The notes below the pieces were generated by a model. It was not told the origin of the DNA, made no database searches, and saw nothing but the letters and a program-made list of their open reading frames with translations. Positions 55,152 through 64,000 of a DNA stretch of 64,000 bases are shown piece after piece. The position numbers and the translations under genes are program-made. The stretch is taken from the NCBI RefSeq assembly GCF_006345805.1, contig NC_042998.1:151280001-151344000 (forward strand), written 5' to 3'. The number at the start of each line of letters is the position of its first letter. Positions within the stretch are counted from its first letter, which is position 1. This stretch comes from Octopus sinensis. Taxonomy: Eukaryota.

Positions 55152-55703
55152 TGCCCTGATGCAGTACCAGGCAGTGGTTCTCGTGGCTTCTGATCTTAAC
55201 TGATCCGAAGTGTTATCATGTACATTGTTTTGTCTTGGTATAAAAGATGGGCTACAGCAAATATTCTGCTCAATAATACAGATTTGCTTGTCAGTTGTTT
55301 GACCTTAACCAGTTGAGCATGTCTCTTAGTGGCTGACGATATGTGCATCTCTGATCACGAGCAGAAGTATTGGGGGAGCATCATAGCCATGTGTTGAGAG
55401 GGATTCTTTGGGGTTTGGATAATTCACCTCTAGAAACATGGGTGTTTCGTTCAACATCCTTAAACAAACCTTATTCAGGGAGCTTTTGAGAGGGATGGGT
55501 CACTCGACCAGAAGATTTTAACTGGGCTCCACCTGCAAGATCATGTGCTGTTTATTTTGATATGAGATCACCATTTCACGCACAGATGGTTGTGATACAT
55601 GTGCCTAGTGTACCCTTATCAGACGAGTAGTCATGATGGGTATACTGGGCTTTGTATATTTTATCCCAGTGTCACTTTGATGACATGCACTGCTCTCTCA
55701 CTC
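55152..55703 (+). mobile_element. ~550-bp non-coding interspersed element with (AAT)n tail
   Basis: Bounded by (GAT)n and (AAT)n. A partial second copy lies at 3281-3530. Confidence 0.75.
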
Positions 55704-55742
<39 letters not shown>

Positions 55743-55762
55743 TAATAATAATAATAATAATA

Positions 55763-55807
<45 letters not shown>

Positions 55808-56843
55808 TGATGATGATGATGATGATAACGATGATGATGATGATGATGATATTAATAATAAACAGAGAGTTTCTTTGACCTAGGTGTTGAGAAGACGCTC
55901 GGCAAGAAATGGAAACAAAATTGAAGGAAGATAATAATAATGATAATAATAATCGTTTCTTTATTAGGTATAAAAATAAAACAAAATATAAAAATATAAC
56001 ACAAGGAATATTTGCCAATGGCTGGACAATCTACGTTGGATAATAAGGGAGAAATCTCACATAAAGGTCCTGGATTGCTCTGTCGTCATGTCTAAGACAA
56101 CAAAACTTTTCTTTCCTAGTTTTCTATTTACTCAGAGCAGGTAAAACCCCTTCAAGCTCACCTGTTTCCCACTCACTCACCTACCTGTCCATAAACACGC
56201 TAGAAAACTGCACTGCCCCCTCTCTCCTCACCTCTCTCTCACCTCCTCTCCCCTCCCTCTCTCTCTCTATCTCCCTCGTTTTGCTCTTCAAGTGGTTCTT
56301 GGAGAAGCTGATGACAGCTTGGCCACAGAGAAATTTTACTATTTTTTATTTTTTGAGGAGGAATCTTTAAGTGAGCGCTGTAGTCGACAGAATCAACTTA
56401 AGTATATCACTGAGTAGTAGTAGTAGTAGATGGTGGTGGTGATGGCGGTGGTGTTGCTACGGATGTAGCTGTTATTTAGCCCTAGGTTAGCCCTAGTCGA
56501 AGACCATCTCAACATTGTCAAAGTGCTTCTTTTTTGAAGGAAGTACGTAGTGATTTTAGAGACATTTAGCTGCCATTTTTAGCAGGTTGAGCGATTACAT
56601 ATTGACTCTTTCAGATCTTGTTGGTAATTGTGTTAGGAATGCGGGAGGTGATGGTGTTAGCATTAGTGTTACTGCTGTTGTTGTTGCTGCTAGTATGGGC
56701 CTTCCGTTCTTGCGAATGATATAGTGAGCCGTATTGCATACAACTATTCTGTGGAGGACATATATACTGACGCGAATACATGTGTGTGTGTGCATGTGTG
56801 TGTGTGCATGTGTGGTGTGTGTGTGTGTGTGTGTGTGTGTGTG

Positions 56844-56880
<37 letters not shown>

Positions 56881-56966
56881 ATGTGTGTGTGTGCGTGTGT
56901 GTGTGTGTGTACGAGTGCGTGCACAGGTGCGTATAAGCATGCATGCATACTTACACAGATGTATAT

Positions 56967-57015
<49 letters not shown>

Positions 57016-57054
57016 TATATATAATATAATATGATATAATATAATATATTATAA

Positions 57055-57089
<35 letters not shown>

Positions 57090-57099
57090 TTTATCAAGT

Positions 57100-57592
57100 A
57101 GCTAGCACATAAAAACCAATTAAGGTAAAAATTAATACAAAGTATTTAATTTCATAAATATAATTATAAAATTACAATAAGGGCAATTACATGGTTGTCA
57201 GACAATTTCTGCGACCACATCACCCCTAACATCTGGTCACCTAACTCTCCAGACTGCACCCCCCTTGATTATTATGTGTAGGGCGCAGTTGAGCGAGAGA
57301 CCAATAAAACATTTATACATACCATACGGACAAGGTGTGTTTTCTTATGGTGTATACAAATGTTTATAATTATGTAATTTTGGTTATGTCATGGTAGAGT
57401 GTATTACATCACTAAACCTGAAATCGATCGATATATGGCTAAAGTTTTTCAAAAAATCTTTTTTGTTCATGCCCTCGTTTTCAGTGCGTGTCTATATGAT
57501 AGATAGTTTAGAGCCATTTGGCGTCTTCTAGCATGTGTCATTACCTAGTAATTGCCTTTATTATATAATTATATTTATAAAATTATATACTT

Positions 57593-57600
<8 letters not shown>
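57100..57600. mobile_element. Composite: inverted AT-rich ends enclosing a Tc1/mariner-family transposase snippet (57190-57310)
   Basis: 57137-57190 is roughly the reverse complement of 57548-57595. The insert reads WLSDNFCDHITPNIWSPNSPDCTPLDYYV*GAVERETNK. Confidence 0.6.
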
Positions 57601-57638
<38 letters not shown>

Positions 57639-57641
<3 letters not shown>

Positions 57642-58140
57642 AAATAGTAAAGTGTGAAAAAACGACAGAAGGCTTAAATGTTAAAAAATATATATATTTG
57701 TGTCAAAATGTCTGGAGAATATTGGAAAAATTTTTTTCCTTTCCTTAAAATGACATAATTTTAAAATTTTTAAAGAAATTACCGGTTTCGCGTGTAGCTT
57801 TTCAAATTTCTTGTGACGTTATGTTTATATTGCATGGAGTTATCGTTGTATTTATTTTCAGGAGATTTCTAAATAAGGGGAGGTAGTGAGTGATTTCTTC
57901 CGGTGTAAGGGAGAATCTCCTGAAAATAAATACAACGATAACTCCATGCAATATAAACATAACGTCACAAGAAATTTGAAAAGCTACACGCGAAACCGGT
58001 AATTTCTTTAAAAATTTTAAAATTATGTCATTTTAAGGAAAGGAAAAAAATTTTTCCAATATTCTCCAGACATTTTGACACAAATATATATTTTTTAACA
58101 TTTAAGCCTTCTGTCGTTTTTTCACACTTTACTATTTTCT
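57639..58140. repeat. Near-perfect palindrome, ~228-bp arms (57639-57867 / 57914-58140), 46-bp spacer
   Basis: By eye the arms differ only by one TA unit. Confidence 0.95.
57969..58008 (+). ncRNA. Minimal type I hammerhead, U3-A8 variant (antisense twin 57773-57812)
   Basis: AAGAAAT-TTGAAAA-GC-TACAC-GC-GAAAC-CG-GTA-ATTTCTT. Confidence 0.7.
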
Positions 58141-58190
58141 TATATATTCACCCACGTACTTTACCAAACAAACTTTCTTATCTATATATA

Positions 58191-58275
<85 letters not shown>

Positions 58276-58317
58276 TGTATGTATGTATGTATGTATGTAT
58301 GTACATACATACGTACA

Positions 58318-58552
58318 TACAGAGCGCTATGGGCAAATTGTCGCCATTTTATATTTTTAAATTCGCGCATGTGTATTGTTTGTTTTTGATTTTGTCGACT
58401 ACACACTGTAGTAGGGTTAGTCGGGCACCGTCTGTGAGAAAAATAGCACCATGACGCAATTCACTCGTCCTGAAATTTGGAAGCAACATGCTGTAAAGCT
58501 TGGCATTCGCGCTGAAAGCTCCAATTTCAGAGTGTTTGGATGTCAATCTGAT
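58318..58552 (+). mobile_element. Probable 5' end of a Tc1/mariner-family element
   Basis: TA|cagagcgctatgggcaaattgtcgcc terminus, then MTQFTRPEIWKQHAVKLGIRA. Truncated by a SINE piece at 58553-58670. Confidence 0.5.
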
Positions 58553-58853
58553 AAGCGTACGCGTGTCTGTGGAGTGCTCAGCCACTTGCACGTTAATTTC
58601 ACGAACAAGCTGTTCCGTTGATCGTATCAGCTGGGACCCTTGTCGTCATAACCAACGGAGTGCTCCATACATGATATATGTATACACACACATATGCATA
58701 CATTAATTCATTATTCTGGAGAAATCATCATCATCATCATCATCATCATAATTATAATTATTATCGTTATTATTGTTGTTATATGCGTTCACGTGTGTCT
58801 ATCCACGCACACGTATAAATACTTACGTAAAATATATAAATATACCTATATAT

Positions 58854-58921
<68 letters not shown>

Positions 58922-59863
58922 ATATATGTAAATACATATGTAAATACGTATATATGTATATATGTATGTATGTGTGTGCGTGTATCTATGTAGATATGTA
59001 TGTGTCATTGATTTTATATACGTATGTAAGTATGTACGTATGTAAGTATGTACGTATGATATATATATATATACGTAGTTACAAATATTAATCATGATTT
59101 GTACGCTGGCTATGCTATTACACACACACACACACACACCGAAACAATTATCTGTGCGCGCGTGTGTGTGTGTGTGTGAAGTTCAATTAATAACTGTAAT
59201 TATAGTTGACATATCGCCCTCACATGACCAACTCCTATCTTCACCCATACCAGAAAAACCTAGCGTCTATCACGTGTTTTTGTTGTTGTTATTGTTGTTG
59301 TTGTTGGTGGTGGTGGTTTTGACGCTGTTTTGTTGCGCTATTTTTTATTTTGTTGTCCTTTTTCATCATCATCGTCGTCGTTTTCGATATTCTTATCATC
59401 GCCACCACCATTATAGTTACCACCACCAACACCACCACCACCACCACCACCTCAACTACTGCAAGCATCGCCACTACCACCAATCTCTTCACTAACGTAA
59501 TCGTTACATAAATTACATAAATTTAAATGTTTGGGACTATTTTACTATCAGTTTCTAGGAAAAAAATAAATGAACGCGATTTTCGTCGTCAGCATGCAAA
59601 ACTACATCAGAGTAAAAAAATTGCAAAATGTCTGATGAGAATTCGAAATACTTGAAGCGGTTGGGAGAATTTTGAAGAGATCCGTCAAAAGTCGCTCAAA
59701 TCATCGTTCTACTCTTAAAAACAAAACAAACAAAAAAGGACACATTGGATAAGTTCACAGCCCATCTTATAATTGCTGATGTTTTTAATCAGGAGCTGAC
59801 CTGGGGTTAAACACCAACAACCACCACAATCTTTCTCCTTCTCCTCCTCCTCCTCCTCCTCCT

Positions 59864-59894
<31 letters not shown>

Positions 59895-62298
59895 AGCAGC
59901 ATCAGCGTCATCAGTATCTCGCTGACATTTTTGGCTTTTATCTTATAGTGATGTGAGAAAAGCATTGCCCGTCACTCTTTACAGAGCCTCTGAGTGTAGT
60001 GGGAGGGAAGGTGGTGTCTTTAACCAGAAGTCTGGTGAGATTGCTGACAGCTAAAGGAACCCAGAGGTCAGGTGGAGGTAGGTGTTAAACCGGGTGACGG
60101 ATTAAGTCTATCACAAAGGGTGGCAACAAACACTGCAAGGTATCCGAGTAAATGTTCTTATCGTTCAACTAATCATCGCCCAAAATTATGGTTTATTTGT
60201 CGACCCTGAAAGGACGATAGCCAAAGGCGACTTCGGTGGAATGTGAACTTGGGATAGACAAAATTGAAATAAACATCACTTGGTCCTCTATTGACTCTAC
60301 CACATACCCTTTTGTTAACCCCTTTGATACCAACTCGCGAGGGACCGATCTTGGTTCCATAAAACAAACTACTTGTTTGAAAGTAAAGTAAATTAAACGT
60401 TTCTTACATCAAAATTTTATGTAAATTTCCGTTCCAAACACCAGCTTAATAATGAAAAAATTATTTGATCAAATTCTTTATTATTTTCAAAATTGATTGA
60501 AACCAGGGCAGTGTGTTTTGATAAAAATATTGTAACAAAAGAGGAATGGGTGAAAGCGGAGGGTTAACTGAAATTTAGTCTTAAATCTGAAATGAAGGAA
60601 AATTTCCCATGACGCATGATGTCTATGTCTGATGTCTATGTCTCGTGTTGCCCGTAAATAAAGATTTTCTTTCCAGAAACCTTCAATAAAACTATTTCCT
60701 ACATGACAAGAAACTTTACCATTTCCGATATCTTTAGCTGGGCCGCAGTCATTTCAATTGACAGACGATTATCATAAAGACACATAAATCATTAATCATA
60801 AGCTTTGTTATTCTATTCAAGTATTTGAATGTTTTTTTCAAACCGATCTCGTAACTTATCGGTCTTTTGATCTCCCAAATTCTTATTGATCCATGAAATC
60901 CTTGGTCCATTCTACAATATTCAAACTTTATTTGACTATTGAAAAGTTTCAAACTATTAATAAATTGGTCCATTGGCCCATTGAAGTACTTATATATTGG
61001 TAAGTTCCTCTATTGATCTGTCTGATCATTTGTAGCGTAGTTCTTTTCTTTTATCTATTGCTTTATTAATATCGCCCTAGTTTGTTAATCCATTGATTTC
61101 ACTGGATCAATTATTCCATTAATTATTCGTCTACTGATCTAGTGTCTTTCGCAGATCTGTTGTTTCGATTTCGTTCTGTTTATCAGAAGTCGATTAGGTG
61201 GACTGTGGCTTTATCGGTTCATGAGGGATGTCATAGGCTACATGCACCGCCATTAATGAATCTACGGTCATTCAACGAGGTCATAAATTTATGGGGCATT
61301 AGTCCCTCAGTTTAGGTCGGGTTTGCCCGCGATCTGTCCTTTATTTATGTATTTATGCAATTTATAGGTCTGTTATTCATACATTCTCGTATTGATCTAG
61401 CTATTTATCGCTAGAGTCAGTATTTATTTCGTTAATCTGTCAATTTGTTCATTTGTTGACTCATTGTTATATCTGTCTGTTATGTCTGTTTGTTGGTCGT
61501 CACTTTAACCACTCAAACAGATTATGCCTTCATTTAGAACATCCTGCACTCACCCGGCACTTGTTCCTACACTCACACATTCTCATTCTGTCATTAACCA
61601 CACCTTCATCACTCATCAGGCAAATATGCATCGATCGTTCACTCATTCCCAATATTCTCACTCCCTTTACTGACTACCACAGAAATGTTTCCCCATCGTT
61701 CAGCCACCACTGACTCATTCACTCAGTTTCTTATTCATTCAACTACCGACGTATTTACTCAGTCACTCAGTGTATCTCTATTCCTGATCTCAACCTGATC
61801 TCTCTCACTCCCCACTTCCAGCATAACCTGTCTTACCACTCACTGGACAACAACCAACGACATTGACGGATAGCTTGATTATGCCACTGCTACAGCTGAC
61901 ACATCATATTTGCTTTACATTCTCACAAAACCAATTCAAATGGTCAGTGGTTGTTGTTGTTGTTGGTGGTGGTGGTCGTTGTCGTCGTTGTTGAAGTATA
62001 AATGACAATGGTGACAGTGGTAGAAGCAGTAGTTGAGGTGAACATGGTGGTAGTGGTGGTGGTGGCGAAACTGTCAGCTGATGTGATTATATCGGTAAAT
62101 ATAAACGTGTAGCAGAAATGCACATACACAAAGAAATAGACATTCAAACATGTACGTTAGTGTATGTGTGTGAGTGTGTGTAAATACATACACAGCACAC
62201 ACATACATATATATAACTACATATATACATATATACCCACATATGTGTATATACATACATACATACCTACACGCACACACACACACACACACACTTAC

Positions 62299-62334
<36 letters not shown>

Positions 62335-62339
<5 letters not shown>

Positions 62340-63300
62340 AAACAGGAAAAAGCAACAAAAGTCAATTAGACGTGTACAGTGACGCTCGGTGGAAGTTTTA
62401 GATGGAAAACTAGGAGTGGAAGTGACGTTTCGAGCTTGGCTTTTCGTCGGACAGAGGAAACAATCCAGAGAAGAGGAAAAAGAGGAACGAGCAGTTAGTC
62501 TAGAGAAAAGCACATGTATTGTTACGTGTGTGTATGTGTGTGCAGGATATATGCAGTAAAAATCGAAGTAGGACTTGGAAACGATCAACGGAAGAGAACA
62601 ATTAAATATAGAGCACCGCTGATTACAAACTGAGCGCTAGGCATTTAATGACTTTGGTGACACAATAATTAAGAGAAAAAGACAAGGATTTAAGAGCATC
62701 GAACTGGAATAACGTTCGTAAAAGAAAAGACAGAATAATGCTAGGAATTCTGAGAATCGCAAAACTAACAGTAGCAGTAGCAGCAAAAGACATGAAGAAA
62801 GAATAAGCTAAATATTCAGGAAAGTCAGAAAGGAAGATCAAGAGAGTTGGCTAAGAAATAGTATCAGTGAAAAGAAAGACAAAGATAGAGAGAGTGAGAG
62901 AAATGGACAGAGAGAAAGAGAGACAGAAGAAGAGGGAGGGAATAAAAGTGAAAATGGAAGGAGACAGAGAAAGGATTAGGTACATATACAGGCAAAAGCA
63001 AAAACAAAATCATTAAAACAAAAAGAACAAAAGTAAAAGAGACAGTATTACTAGGTTGACGCTGAAAGCTGAATGGAAAAACTAAAAGGTATTACGATTC
63101 GGACATAGATCTTCTTCGGATACAAGACAAAAGTCCAAGGAAATTTGGGAAGGAAAGGAAGAGGAAAAAGGATATATTAAAATCAATGGAGCTATAAAAG
63201 TTACGCATGTGGGGTTGATGCACATGTTCGACGTTTGACAACGACGGAATTGCGAGAAGATAATTGTGATTTTGATGACAAGAAAGTGTGACTGTTAATG
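62335..63300 (-). mobile_element. Two Penelope-type pLTR relics
   Basis: CCGACGA..GAAACGTC at 62422-62452 and CCGAAGA..GAATCGTA at 63089-63123. Layout resembles 27247-27560. Confidence 0.6.
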
Positions 63301-63377
63301 CGTGTGTATGTTTCTGTGTACATATTTATACTTCTACACACACACTCTTACACATCCACACACATACACACACACAA

Positions 63378-63635
63378 ATGTGATCATCGTGACCGACCAG
63401 GCTATCAGATGTTGCTACATATCGCTGATCACAATGCGCTTCGCATCGTTTTAGCCTTCAAATGAGGCCACCCCGCTGGCTAAGCGAGCAGGCTAACAGA
63501 AGAAAGACTTAGAGAAAATTGTGGCGAAAGAGTACAGTAGAGACCGGCACCACCCTCTGCCGGAGTCTCGTGAAGCTTTTAGGTGTTTTCGCTCAATAAA
63601 CACTTACAACGCCCGGTTTGGGAATCGAAGCTGCG
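63378..63635 (-). mobile_element. tRNA-derived SINE (family of 31150-31456)
   Basis: gtgaccgaccaggctatcagatgttgctaca..ggctaagcgagcaggc..taggtgttttcgctcaa. Confidence 0.8.
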
Positions 63636-64000
63636 ACACACGTCTCATGCTCAAATCTTCAGTGATAATGAACTGAACTGAACCTAACTAATCTGCACAT
63701 CCTCTGATAACTCACGGATGATGATTTGACGGGTTTTCCCTCACAGCTGCATGCACATCTGTAATGTTTTTCTCAGTTCTACTGGTTGCGGGTCCAGAAC
63801 GTTCGTCATAATCGACATTTTTTCGGCCATCTTGGAACCGTCTGAACCACTCATACACTCGTGTGTGGCTCCATACACTTTCTGCAACTTTGTGTAGGCC
63901 TCTGAGCAGGTACCTCCATAACTTTTTGTCATTGTCAATGTGACGATCACACGCGACACACCTTCCTTCGAAGCACTGCTGTAAACAGCAGAAATGAGTT
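63636..64000 (-). mobile_element. mariner transposase N-terminal (HTH) relic
   Basis: CSEAYTKLQKVYG, YEWFRRFQDGRKNVDYDERSG and NRQIIIRELSEDVQIS*VQFSS. Confidence 0.75.

Noticed and set aside
59632-59660. CTGATGA-GAATTC-GAAA
   Set aside because: No stem I or stem III pairing around it.
60315-60570. Possible TTAA-flanked piggyBac-type MITE
   Set aside because: Only one end (ttaacccc) is clear and the matching TIR is too degenerate to call.

Overview
AT-rich animal genomic DNA. The repeat repertoire and microsatellite load point to a cephalopod, probably Octopus (inference). There is one 100-N gap and no host protein-coding gene that I can support. Nearly all listed ORFs are microsatellite translations or decayed transposon ORFs. 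The window holds R4/Dong-like restriction-like-endonuclease LINEs, two L1/Tx1-like halves, many Penelope-like (RT + GIY-YIG) fragments with inverted pseudo-LTR ends, mariner/Tc1 relics, Helitrons and several tRNA-derived SINE families. The most interesting signals are four. (1) A set of minimal type-I hammerhead ribozyme motifs tied to Penelope-like ends and fold-back palindromes: one canonical-looking copy (10917-10965), a U3-A8 compensated variant in a near-perfect 230-bp palindrome, and a recurrent CCGANGA core variant. (2) A non-autonomous Helitron family (2 copies) that carries a captured fragment of an L1/Tx1 ORF1, with a homologous ORF1 elsewhere in the window. (3) A fused Rep/helicase Helitron ORF. 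(4) Nesting of elements in TAA and TA microsatellites. All alignments and RNA folds were done by eye.
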